Below are positions 9,493 to 19,700 of a stretch of 64,000 nt of DNA, in pieces; position 1 is the stretch's first letter; each line of letters begins with the position of its first letter. Position numbers and translations under genes: made by a program. Source of the DNA: Patescibacteria group bacterium UBA924 (GTDB lineage: Bacteria; Patescibacteriota; Microgenomatia; UBA1400; PJMF01); contig DBDU01000021.1 of assembly GCA_002293725.1 (NCBI GenBank), positions 3,369-67,368 of the forward strand, written 5' to 3'. Below the pieces are notes generated by a model. It did no database searches. It was not told where the DNA came from and was given only the letters and a program-made list of their open reading frames with translations.

Positions 9493-10761
9493 CTACTTGC
9501 GGACTAAGACAATTCCAAATGGGGTGTTTCTACCTGGTCCAGCAATATAACGCCCATTAACCATCATTGCGGTTGAGCCACCGCTGTCCAAGTTGAGGGC
9601 ATTTTCTAGACCCATGGTCTTTAACACTCGGGCGACTTCCGCGACGGTAGCGTTACGGACGACGCCAATGTAGACCGTGTTACCTTTATTCCCGATAAAG
9701 CTGCGCGAGCCGCGGCTGCCTTTTTTTGGATCACCATCACCGCCAAAACGGACTTCGCCACCGGAAAGCAGCATGGGTTGGGAAGCAATTACTGAGTCTG
9801 GGCCGGTATCACGACCCCACTCCGAAGAAGCGCCGACAAACCGTGCTGAGCTACCTTGGAAGATAACTGCCGGCACATTACTGTAGACGTTATTGTCCGA
9901 GTTAAAGTAGGTTTTATTTTTATTCATTAATAAGGTATCGAAAGAGTTGGTTTTACCGGCACAGCTGGGATACTCAGCGGGACAGAAGTAGGGACCGTTA
10001 ATTCCGGCAAAGCCGCCTGCCTTAGCAACAAAGCTCCCTAAAGAATCAACTGGACAGCCATCACCACAGTCCCCGCTAGAGGCTGTCTCTACAACTACCC
10101 GAGTGCTATTCAGGTCCGCGGCAACGATATCAACTAAGAATCGACCGAACTCATTCTCAACTGCCTGTCGACTGTATCCTGAACCAGGCGGGGTGTTATT
10201 GGTAGCTACGTTAGCGGGTACTGCCGTAGAGACAGTCGCTAACTGAGCACGCTGCTGAGCAATTCCTGATTTCAAGCGAGCAATCCGAGTTGAAGCCGAA
10301 GCATAGTTACGTTGCGACAGAAAGACCAGAGCTTGGCTAAAATCAGCGTCAAGTGTTTGAGTTTGGGCTTTCGTTGTGTCTTCTTTCAGCTTTAAAAGAT
10401 CCTCATAGGTTGCCGCAGCATCTTTATAGGTAGTCTGAATATTCTTAATCTCTGCCATCAGTTCTTGATTCTTCTTGAACTGATCTTCGGCTTTAACCGT
10501 ATCCAGCTCTGCCGCCGTGACCGTTAAACGTTGCTCAACTTCTTCTAACTGCTGACTTAACGCCATCTGGCGCTCTTCACCAACACTCAGTAGTTGAATC
10601 TGCGTCTGACTTTGAGAGTAGAGCGAGTAGATCACATACCCAGCTACCGCTGCACCAATTACAACACTGGCCATCAGCAATAGCCTAACTACTTTAATGG
10701 CACCAATATGGCTGTTTTTTTTGAATCCATTTTTACTGGAAAGTGAAGATAATTTTGGCAT
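9493..10761 (-). CDS. Membrane-anchored coiled-coil protein with phosphodiester glycosidase (NAGPA/DUF2233) domain
   Basis: GINGPYF, SRSFIG and ALNLDSGGSTAM motifs, with a TM helix followed by a coiled coil. Start moved to ATG 10761. Confidence 0.8.
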   Translation of the reverse strand: MPKLSSLSSKNGFKKNSHIGAIKVVRLLLMASVVIGAAVAGYVIYSLYSQSQTQIQLLSVGEERQMALSQQLEEVEQRLTVTAAELDTVKAEDQFKKNQELMAEIKNIQTTYKDAAATYEDLLKLKEDTTKAQTQTLDADFSQALVFLSQRNYASASTRIARLKSGIAQQRAQLATVSTAVPANVATNNTPPGSGYSRQAVENEFGRFLVDIVAADLNSTRVVVETASSGDCGDGCPVDSLGSFVAKAGGFAGINGPYFCPAEYPSCAGKTNSFDTLLMNKNKTYFNSDNNVYSNVPAVIFQGSSARFVGASSEWGRDTGPDSVIASQPMLLSGGEVRFGGDGDPKKGSRGSRSFIGNKGNTVYIGVVRNATVAEVARVLKTMGLENALNLDSGGSTAMMVNGRYIAGPGRNTPFGIVLVRK

Positions 10762-10886
10762 TACGAGTAAGGATAGCTGAGAACTCTTCTCGCTACAATC
10801 AGCTGGCGTGTAAGAAAGCTGCAAGAGCAGTTCTGATATTTCCGTTGCCCTCAAGTCTTGTGGTATTCTTTTTTTACAAAAAGAGA

Positions 10887-11405
10887 ATGAGACATCTACG
10901 AACCGGATTCACCTTGATTGAGTTAATGATCGTGGTAGCACTGATTGGTATTGTCATGGCAGCGGGAATCGTGGCTTTCACAGGTGCACAGCGGAACAGT
11001 CGAGATGCGCGCCGTCGCGCCGACGTCGACGCCTTATCCAAAGCATTGGAGCAGTACTACACCAACAATAATCAGTACTATGGGTCAGGGAGCGGTTCAG
11101 ATAATGCCGCTTGGGTTTCTGGCTTCCAGGTCACCAACTTAGGCTCTTACTTTCCCAGTGGCAGACTGCCGCTCGATCCGATGAACACCGCCCCATACTA
11201 CTACTATATTTACGGCTTAGTCGCTAACAATCCCACTAACCCAGATCCTAATACCAGGTACTGCGTCTCGGCTCGTTTGGAACGTGCGACTGGGAACTGC
11301 ACTGGCCGATCAACTTCACTATCATCGACCAACGCTGGTTTTGGCTACTGTCCATTTATTACGACAAATGATGGGGATTTTTACTGCGCAGAAAGTAGGC
11401 AGTAG
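10887..11405 (+). CDS. Type IV pilin/pseudopilin
   Basis: Prepilin cleavage motif G/FTLIELMIVVALIG, SRDARRRAD, LPLDP and C-terminal cysteines. Start moved to ATG 10887. Confidence 0.9.
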   Translation: MRHLRTGFTLIELMIVVALIGIVMAAGIVAFTGAQRNSRDARRRADVDALSKALEQYYTNNNQYYGSGSGSDNAAWVSGFQVTNLGSYFPSGRLPLDPMNTAPYYYYIYGLVANNPTNPDPNTRYCVSARLERATGNCTGRSTSLSSTNAGFGYCPFITTNDGDFYCAESRQ

Positions 11406-11412
11406 AGAAAGT

Positions 11413-11488
11413 TGGCGACCTCGAAGGGACTCGAACCCTCGATCTCCTCCGTGACAGGGAGGCATGTTAACCACTACACCACGAGGCC
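11413..11488 (-). tRNA. tRNA-Asp(GTC), CCA encoded
   Basis: GGCCTCG...CCTCC-CTGTCAC-GGAGG...GGTTCGAGTCC...CGAGGTC-G-CCA. Confidence 0.96.
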
Positions 11489-11500
11489 ACAAGATACTGA

Positions 11501-11529
11501 ATTATACGGAATAACTCTTGATTTGCCAA
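11501..11529 (-). promoter_or_regulatory. Sigma70 promoter of tRNA-Asp
   Basis: TTGGCA-17 nt-TATAAT on the minus strand. Confidence 0.65.
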
Positions 11530-11601
11530 GCTGGACGCTGACCCAAGACACGATACAATAAAGTCGCTTAATAGAGTATTAAGTACAGAAAAAGGATAGC
11601 T

Positions 11602-12186
11602 ATGCCACTTATTATTGGATTAGTCATATTAATTGCCATCGGTTTGTATGTGATCATGGTATACAACGGCTTACAGACGTTAAAGACCCAGATTGTGGCG
11701 AGTATCCAGGAAATTGGTAATCAATTAAAACGTCAGGCTTCGTTAATTCCCAACTTAGAATCAGCCGTCAAAGGCTATCTTAAACACGAAAAAGGTATCT
11801 TTGAGATGTTGACTGAAGCTCGCAAATCAGCTCAAAAAGCTTCTGACACTGGTAGCTCTAAAGATATTGAAAAAGCTATCTCTGACCTGCAGTCTGTCAT
11901 TCCTCAAATTCATGTGGCAGTTGAGTCCAACCCAGAGTTAAAAGCAGATACTACGGTCAATAACTTCATGCGTGAGCTGAGCGACACGGCTGACAAGTTA
12001 ATGTACTCTCGTCGTTCTTTGATTGACTTAACTCAAGCATATAACGAGAAACTCGTTGTCTTCCCAAGTAACTTAGTGGCGAATATCTTTGGCTTCAAAC
12101 CTGAGAAAGGCCTCGACACACCAATGACCGGAGCACACGTTTCGGTGGATGATGCTGAGACCAAGGACGTCAAAGTCAACTTGTAA
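11602..12186 (+). CDS. lemA: LemA family protein
   Basis: N-terminal TM, YNGL, QLKRQASLIPNL, PELKAD and YNEKLVVFPSNLVA motifs; upstream of htpX. Confidence 0.92.
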   Translation: MPLIIGLVILIAIGLYVIMVYNGLQTLKTQIVASIQEIGNQLKRQASLIPNLESAVKGYLKHEKGIFEMLTEARKSAQKASDTGSSKDIEKAISDLQSVIPQIHVAVESNPELKADTTVNNFMRELSDTADKLMYSRRSLIDLTQAYNEKLVVFPSNLVANIFGFKPEKGLDTPMTGAHVSVDDAETKDVKVNL

Positions 12187-12216
12187 AACGCAAGTAACTG
12201 CCCAACGGATCTTTCA

Positions 12217-13119
12217 ATGACACACTACGATTTAGTTGCCTCTAATCAGCGCAAGTCTTGGTTTATCTTGGCTGGTTTTCTGGTGTTTGTGATTGGAGTC
12301 GTCTACGTTCTAAGTGCAGCGTTTGGCTTCAGTTATGACTTCACCGTTTTTGCCATTGGCCTCACTACCGTGATGTCATTTGGCTCATACTGGTGGTCGG
12401 ACAAGATTGTACTAGCAATCTCCGGCGCCAGACCTGCGACTCGCCAAGAGTTCTTTGACTACTACACTGTTACTGAAAACTTGGTCATGAGTCAGCGGAT
12501 GAAAATGCCGAAGCTGTTCGTCATTGACGATACAGCTATGAACGCTTTCGCCACCGGTCGTGATCCTGACCATGCTGCTGTAGTAGCTACTACCGGTTTA
12601 TTGAGCCGGCTCAACCGAGCTGAGATTGAGGGCGTAGTTGCCCACGAACTTTCTCACATTAAAAACTATGATATTCGCTTAATGGCTGTGGTCAGCGTGT
12701 TGGTGGGTAGCATTGCGCTTATCTCTGACTTGATGTTAAGAATGACTGCGTGGGGCGGAACCAAACGGGATCGCAACAACGATAGTCAGATCGGAATGAT
12801 CTTATTCTTAGCAGGTATCGTCCTAGCCATCTTGTCACCGATTGTGGCTCAGCTCATCCAGTTGGCTATCTCGCGTCGCCGAGAGTTTTTGGCAGACGCT
12901 TCTGGAGTAGCAATGACCAAGAATCCTCAAGGGTTGATCCGTGCTCTTGGTAAGATCTCCCACGACACCGAGCCACTTGAAGCCGCCAATAAAGCTACTG
13001 CCCATCTTTATATCTCCGATCCACTCAAGAACATTCATGGCGGAGTAGGCATGTTTGCCAACCTCTTCCAAACTCATCCACCGGTGACGGAACGAATCAA
13101 AGCTCTAGAAAGTATCTAG
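12217..13119 (+). CDS. htpX: Zinc metalloprotease HtpX (M48)
   Basis: NAFATG, HELSH, SRRREFLAD, FQTHPP motifs. Confidence 0.95.
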   Translation: MTHYDLVASNQRKSWFILAGFLVFVIGVVYVLSAAFGFSYDFTVFAIGLTTVMSFGSYWWSDKIVLAISGARPATRQEFFDYYTVTENLVMSQRMKMPKLFVIDDTAMNAFATGRDPDHAAVVATTGLLSRLNRAEIEGVVAHELSHIKNYDIRLMAVVSVLVGSIALISDLMLRMTAWGGTKRDRNNDSQIGMILFLAGIVLAILSPIVAQLIQLAISRRREFLADASGVAMTKNPQGLIRALGKISHDTEPLEAANKATAHLYISDPLKNIHGGVGMFANLFQTHPPVTERIKALESI

Positions 13120-13152
13120 AGAACCAGGCAAAGTTCTGTTAAACTACATCCT

Positions 13153-13449
13153 GTGAAAACCAAAGTTCCCGTTTCCCACGTCGCAAAACTGGCCAACATT
13201 CCCATTTCTGACCAGGAAGAGAAAAACCTTGAACTCGCGTTCGAGGAAACACTAGCTGTCGTTGAACAGCTCCAATCTGTTGATGTCAGTGGGGTAGAGC
13301 CGACTTTCCAAGTGACGGGTTTAGAGAATGTCATGCGCGATGATGTCGTGGATGACAGAAGGATGTTTACTCAAGCACAAGCACTAGCCAACGCTAAAAC
13401 AACCCACGATGGGTACTTCGTAGTTCCGCAGGTAATTAGCCAAGATTAA
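13153..13449 (+). CDS. gatC: Asp/Glu-tRNA amidotransferase subunit C
   Basis: HVAKLA...VEPT...NVMRDD...GYFVVP; directly upstream of gatA. Confidence 0.9.
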   Translation: MKTKVPVSHVAKLANIPISDQEEKNLELAFEETLAVVEQLQSVDVSGVEPTFQVTGLENVMRDDVVDDRRMFTQAQALANAKTTHDGYFVVPQVISQD

Positions 13450-13452
13450 AGT

Positions 13453-14829
13453 ATGTTACAGACACTCACCCTCGCTGATCTACTCGGTAAACTAAAACGA
13501 AAAGAGATCTCTCATAAAGAGCTCTATGCTGACCTGGCTCAAAGCTATCAGCAGAACGACAAGCTCAATATCTTCCTTACCTTTAATCCTCAGGCTGAAA
13601 CAGAGTCTGCTGAGTTAAGTGACAAAGCTTTATTGGGTATTCCACTAGCGATCAAAGACAACTTCTGTACCACCGACATTCGTACAACTGCATCTTCTAC
13701 AGTCCTAGATGCTTTTGTTCCTCAATACGACTCGACTGTTACTCGCAAGCTGAAAGAAGCAGGCGCCGTCATCCAAGGAAAAACAAACATGGATGCTTGG
13801 GCTCACGGCTCTTCCACTGAGACTTCTCAATACGGTCGGACACTTAACCCTCGAAATCCTGAGCACCTTCCCGGTGGTTCTTCGGGCGGCAGTGCGGCTG
13901 CCGTCGCCGCAGACATGGCAATTGCAGCCATTGGCTCTGAAACCGCGGGCTCCATCCGCCAGCCATCTGCTTGGTGTGGTACGGTCGGCCTTAAACCAAC
14001 GTATGGCCGAGTCAGTCGCTATGGCGTGGTCTCAATGGCCTCTTCCACTGACTCACCAGGTCCGATTACCAAGACGGTTGAAGACTCAGCGCTGTTACTG
14101 AACTACATCGCTGGCCACGATCCCTACGATGGCACGAGCTCACAGACTCCAGTTGACGACTACACCAAAGCTCTTGGTCAGTCGATCAAAGGTATGAAGA
14201 TTGGCGTTATCTACATGGACATTCCCGGTTTGGCCGAAGTCAAACACCTTTTTGAACCACAGCTCAAAGTCTTTGAAGAGTTAGGGGCCCACGTGGAGTA
14301 TGTCCAAGCAATGGATCCTAATCACGCAATTGGCGTCTACACGGTGGTTCAGCGTTCAGAAGTAAGTAGCAACCTCGCCCGGTATGACGGCGTTCGTTAT
14401 GGCAATGATCGTTCGTTCTTTGGCGATGAAGCCAAACGAAGAATCATGTTAGGCACCTATACCTTAAGTAAGGGCTACGCCGATAAGTACTACGTATTAG
14501 CTCAGAAAGTCCGTACTCTCTTTTTAGAAGACTTTGCCAAGCTGTTCAAAACATATGACTTGCTCGTTTCTTTAACCTCACCTGGTTTTGCTAAGAAGAT
14601 TGGAGCCAGTGAGTCCAGTGCCATGTTTGGTGAGCTGGAGGACATGTTGGTAGAACCCAGCTCTATTACCGGCCTACCAGGCTTAAACGTACCTTGTTAC
14701 CACGATCCCAAAACGAATCTGTATCTTGGGATGAACATTATGGCGCCGATGTGGCACGAATCACGAATGATTAGTGCTGGCGATGCCTTTGAGAAGCACA
14801 CCAACTGGAATCCTTGGAGAGCACAATGA
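13453..14829 (+). CDS. gatA: Asp/Glu-tRNA amidotransferase subunit A
   Basis: Amidase signature PGGSSGGSAAAV, GSIRQP, SSNLARYDG. Confidence 0.95.
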   Translation: MLQTLTLADLLGKLKRKEISHKELYADLAQSYQQNDKLNIFLTFNPQAETESAELSDKALLGIPLAIKDNFCTTDIRTTASSTVLDAFVPQYDSTVTRKLKEAGAVIQGKTNMDAWAHGSSTETSQYGRTLNPRNPEHLPGGSSGGSAAAVAADMAIAAIGSETAGSIRQPSAWCGTVGLKPTYGRVSRYGVVSMASSTDSPGPITKTVEDSALLLNYIAGHDPYDGTSSQTPVDDYTKALGQSIKGMKIGVIYMDIPGLAEVKHLFEPQLKVFEELGAHVEYVQAMDPNHAIGVYTVVQRSEVSSNLARYDGVRYGNDRSFFGDEAKRRIMLGTYTLSKGYADKYYVLAQKVRTLFLEDFAKLFKTYDLLVSLTSPGFAKKIGASESSAMFGELEDMLVEPSSITGLPGLNVPCYHDPKTNLYLGMNIMAPMWHESRMISAGDAFEKHTNWNPWRAQ

Positions 14830-16154
14830 GTACTGAGTATCAGTTAGTTTGTGGAATGGAAGTTCACGCGGAGCTGAAGACAGCATCGAAGATGTTCTGC
14901 GGCTGCAAAAATGATCCCTTCCACGCAGAAAAGCCCAACACCCATACATGCCCAGTATGTCTTGGAATGCCAGGCGGATTACCAGTAGCTAATCGAACGG
15001 CCATTGAGTGGACAATTAAACTGGGTTTGGCGTTAAACTGTAAAATCAATCTTTTTTCGCACTTTGATCGCAAGAACTACTTCTATCCCGACCTACCCAA
15101 AGGCTATCAGATTAGTCAGTACGATCAGCCATTTTGTTATGACGGGGTACTAGAAACCGATGCTGGCGCTGTTCGTATTCGTCGGATTCACTTAGAAGAA
15201 GATACTGCCAAACTTTTACATAAAACAGTTGATGGTAAAAAAGTGAGTCTGGTTGACTTTAACCGAAGTAGTGTGCCTTTAATCGAGATCGTCACCGAAC
15301 CAGACATCATCTCTCCTGAACACGCCAAAGCCTATGGCAAGACACTTCGTCAGATCATGCGTTTCCTTGATATCGCTGACTGCGACATGGAGCAGGGTGG
15401 CATGCGGTTAGAAGCCAACGTTTCCATTCGACCTGTCGGGCAAACAGAGCTACCAAACTACAAAGTTGAGTTGAAAAACATTAACTCTTTCCGATTCTTA
15501 GAAAAAGCAGTGGCCTATGAAATGGAGCGCCAAGCATGTGAGCTGAATGAAGGGAAGACACCCATCCAGGAAACTCGTGGCTGGAATGACAACAAGGGAG
15601 AGACATTCTCTCAACGAGTCAAAGAAGATGCCGAAGACTATCGCTACTTTCCAGACCCAGACTTACCACCGCTTCGTTTTACTGCCGAACAGATCGAGCA
15701 GTGGCGAGCTGAGCTGCCAGAGTTACCAGCAGCTCTCAAACAGCGTTGGCAAGAAATGTATGGCATCGATACTAAGTATGCTGACGTTCTGAGCGAGGAA
15801 AAAGAAGGTGCATCATGGGCAGATCAGCTCTTTGCCGCCGCTCAAAAAGCACAACTCAACCCTAACGCCGTCGCCAATGCAGTAGTCAATAAAAAGGTAA
15901 CCGCTGCTGTGGGAGACTCTGTTCAGCAAGTACTAGCCGCTTTTACCGCCCTCCATCAAACTGCTAATGTAGACGAGGCTGAGCTGCAACACACTATTGA
16001 TGCAGTCATCGCTGAAAATGGCGACGCTGCTGCCCAGTACAAAGCAGGCAAAGTTCAAATCCTAGGTTTCTTTATGGGTCAGGTACAACGCAAGCTTGGC
16101 AAAAAACTGGATGCACAGCTTGTGAAAACAGCTCTGGAAAAAAGCCTTTCTTAA
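14826..16154 (+). CDS. gatB: Asp/Glu-tRNA amidotransferase subunit B
   Basis: GMEVHAEL, RKNYFYPDLPKGYQISQ, YRYFPDPDL; ATGA overlap with gatA. Confidence 0.96.
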   Translation: MSTEYQLVCGMEVHAELKTASKMFCGCKNDPFHAEKPNTHTCPVCLGMPGGLPVANRTAIEWTIKLGLALNCKINLFSHFDRKNYFYPDLPKGYQISQYDQPFCYDGVLETDAGAVRIRRIHLEEDTAKLLHKTVDGKKVSLVDFNRSSVPLIEIVTEPDIISPEHAKAYGKTLRQIMRFLDIADCDMEQGGMRLEANVSIRPVGQTELPNYKVELKNINSFRFLEKAVAYEMERQACELNEGKTPIQETRGWNDNKGETFSQRVKEDAEDYRYFPDPDLPPLRFTAEQIEQWRAELPELPAALKQRWQEMYGIDTKYADVLSEEKEGASWADQLFAAAQKAQLNPNAVANAVVNKKVTAAVGDSVQQVLAAFTALHQTANVDEAELQHTIDAVIAENGDAAAQYKAGKVQILGFFMGQVQRKLGKKLDAQLVKTALEKSLS

Positions 16155-16708
16155 TCAGCTGCGCCGACACCGAGTACTTCGTCCATTACTTCCTGCAACA
16201 TGATGCCGTGGTCGGCAAAAATCTGGATACCTTTTAAAGCCGCATTCAGCTCCGTCCATTGAAAGCCATCTAGCTCTTCTAGCGGCAAGTCACGAGCTGC
16301 CAATGTAATGTTGGGTCGCTGTCCGCGGAGCATGTAGAAGAGTGCCGTCGCCCACGGTCCATTTTGGAACATTCCCATGTAGTTGAGCTCGTTTGCTCTG
16401 ACCAACAGTCCAACTTCTTCGTGAGCTTTACGCACCGCCGTTTGACGTGTTACAGCCTCTACTTCGGCTGGCGTGAGCTGCCGATTTAAATCAGGTTTTG
16501 CTAAAACGTTAAAGTCTTTATCGTTGGGTCGACCACCCATCATTGACCACTCACTTGCACCTTGCTTAGACCAGTAAGGCCGCTGCACAAGTCCAGTGAC
16601 CAAATGACTTTCGTTGGTACGCGGATGCTTTTCAGAAACCAGTACGGCTAATCTTGCTACTGTTTTATCCAAGCCAAAAAGCTTGGCACGTCGGGATTCA
16701 TCTGACAT
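16151..16708 (-). CDS. Divergent NUDIX-fold protein
   Basis: WSMMGG...TAVRKAHEEVGL split Nudix box; ELDGFQW; FADH. Confidence 0.65.
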   Translation of the reverse strand: MSDESRRAKLFGLDKTVARLAVLVSEKHPRTNESHLVTGLVQRPYWSKQGASEWSMMGGRPNDKDFNVLAKPDLNRQLTPAEVEAVTRQTAVRKAHEEVGLLVRANELNYMGMFQNGPWATALFYMLRGQRPNITLAARDLPLEELDGFQWTELNAALKGIQIFADHGIMLQEVMDEVLGVGAAD

Positions 16709-16770
16709 ATACTGCCGAACATATCATTAGAAGCGAAAAAGTACAAATCTTTTTGTTACAATCAGGCTCA

Positions 16771-19700
16771 ATGTCGTCAAAGTTTGTTCACCTTCACGTC
16801 CATACGGAGTACTCAATGCTCGATGGACTTTCTAAAGTTGCCCCTTTAATTAAGCGTGCTAAAGAACTGGAGTTTCCTGCTTTAGCAATCACTGATCATG
16901 GCGGTATGTATGGTGCCGTCACTTTTTATAACGCCTGCAAGAAAAATGAGTTGAAAGCGATTATCGGCGTCGAAGCCTACATGGCTAAGAACTCGCGCTT
17001 TGACAAGCAAACAAAGATGGGTAGCGATCAGTTTCACTTGTTACTCCTTGCCCAAAACATGCAAGGGTACCAAAACCTGATGAAGCTGGTCTCCTTCGCT
17101 AACCTTGAAGGTTTCTCTTATAAACCACGGATGGATGAAGAGATTCTCTTTAAGTACAACGAAGGAATCATCTGTACGAGTGGTTGTATGTCGAGCATCT
17201 TTAATCGTTTGTTGCTGGACGGCAAAGAAGAAGAAGCAATCGAGAAGTTTAAGTTGTACAAAGAAAAGTTCCCGGGTCGTTTTTATGTCGAGCTCCAAGC
17301 TCATCCCAAAGTCAAAGAGCTCAAAGCACTCACTAAAAAATTGGTCGAGATTGCGCGTCAGTTAGACTTACCTTTAGTAGCGACCAATGACGTCCACTAC
17401 ATCAATCCCGATGACGCTACCGCTCAAGACGCATTGTTGTGTGTCCAAACGCGCAAGCTCATTAGCGATACTAAACGGATGACGATGATGGACTCGCCTG
17501 ATTTCTACCTGCGCACAGCTCAAGAGATGGAAGAGCTGTTTCATGAGTACCCTGAAGCCTTGGAAAATACCGTCAAAATTGCTGATCAATGTGACTTAGA
17601 GATTCCTACCGGAAAGCTTCACTTTCCGATCTTCCCAGTTCCTGAGGGTGAGACCGATGCGACGTACTTTACCAAGCTAGCCTACGAAGGCTTACATAAA
17701 AAATGGGCGAAGCCGACCAAAGAGATGCTTGATCGTTTACAGTATGAGATCGACATTATCGTTCAAAAAGGCTACCCTACTTACTTCTTGATTACCCAAG
17801 ACTTCGTCAACTGGGCGAAAGATAATGGGATTGGTGTTGGACCAGGTCGTGGCTCTGCAGCTGGTTCGTTAGTCGCGTTCGTTTTGGGGATTACTACCAT
17901 GAATCCGTTAGAACATGGGTTACCTTTTGAGCGCTTCTTGAATCCTCAACGCCCAACGCCACCTGATATCGACATGGACTTTGCTGATGACCGACGCGAC
18001 GAAGTGTTGCAGTACGTCGCCCAAAAGTACGGTGAAGATCACGTCGCCCAAGTTATTACCTTTGGAAGAATGGAAGCACGGGTAGCAGTACGCGATATTG
18101 GTCGTGTACTTGGCTTACCTTATGAAGACCCTGATAAAGTGGCCAAGCTAATTCCAAACATTCCCGGTCACAAAACCAGTCTGACTGACGCAATTCAAGA
18201 AGTGGCCGAACTTGGTGAGTACTATAAGCAACCAAAGTATAAAGAGCTGATCGATCTGGCCAAAAAAGTAGAAGGGGTCATTCGTCACACCTCAGTTCAT
18301 GCAGCAGCGGTGGTCATTGCCGACAAGCCACTTTACGACTACACGCCATTCCAAAAAGACCAAGCAAGCGGCAAGATCGTTACTCAATATGACATGTACT
18401 CGCTGGACTGTAACGTTTCTGATGATGCAATCGGTTTGCTCAAATTTGACTTTTTAGGTCTACGGAACTTATCCATTATTCAAACGGCAGTTAACTTAAT
18501 TAAAAAGTACAAGAAAAAAGAGATCGATATTTCGAACCTCCCTCTTGATGATAAAAAGACCTTTGAACTGCTCTCTAGCGGTGAGACAACTGGTATCTTC
18601 CAGTTAGAGTCGGGGGGAATGCGCCGAGTGGCTAAAACCTTACAACCAAACCAGTTCTCAGATATTACCGCTATGGTGGCGTTGTACCGACCCGGTCCAA
18701 TGGACCTGATTCCTACTTTCATTGAAGGAAAACATAATCCTGACAAAGTTGTCTATCCACATGAGTCACTGAAAGGTGTGCTCCAAGAAACGTATGGCGT
18801 CATGGTCTACCAAGAGCAGATCTTACAGATTGCTAATGTCATGGCTGGATATACGTTAAGTGAAGCCGACATCTTGCGTCGCGCGATTGGAAAAAAGAAA
18901 AAGTATCTCTTAGACGAAAATAAAAAGCGATTTACCGAACAGTCTTTGGCGAAAGGCTATACCAAAGAAGTGGCAGAAAAAGTTTGGGGCTTTATTGAAG
19001 CCTTTGCCAACTACGGCTTTAACAAAGCACACGCTGCCAGTTATGCCATGATTGCCTACGAAACAGCTTACCTGAAGGCTCACTTTCCAGCCGAGTACAT
19101 GACTGCTTTAATGAGTGTGGAGTCTGGCTCTCACTCAGCTAATCGAGATGAAAAAGTAGCAGTTGGAATCGATGCCAGTAAGAAGATGGGTCTACACATC
19201 TTGCCGCCTGACATCAATAAATCAAATATCGACTTCAATCTTGAGCCTGATGAAAACTCAAAAGGTGGGCTGGCTATTCGCTTCGGCTTTAACGCTATTA
19301 AAAATGTCGGTGCAGCCGCGATTGAAAACATCGTTGCTACCCGCGACAAGATTGGACAGTTTCAATCTTTCAGTCACTTCTTGATGACTACCGACAATCG
19401 CAAAGTAAACAAGAAAGTATTGGAGTCACTCATTAAAGTTGGCGCTTTTGATCAGTTTGCCAGTCGCGCCAGTATGTTAAGTCAGCTTGAAGAAATTCGA
19501 GCCAAAGTCAATCAGTTCAGTTCTGATATTGATGGGCAAGATGGACTGTTTAGTGGACTAGGGGATAGTAGCCAAAATATTCAAGATACATTTCCAAAGC
19601 TTCCTGAGTATCCTCAAGCTGAGCTGCTCTCATTTGAGAAGGAGTTACTGGGTGTTTACCTGACAGATCACCCATTAGCCCAAGCTCTCGAGTACGTCAT

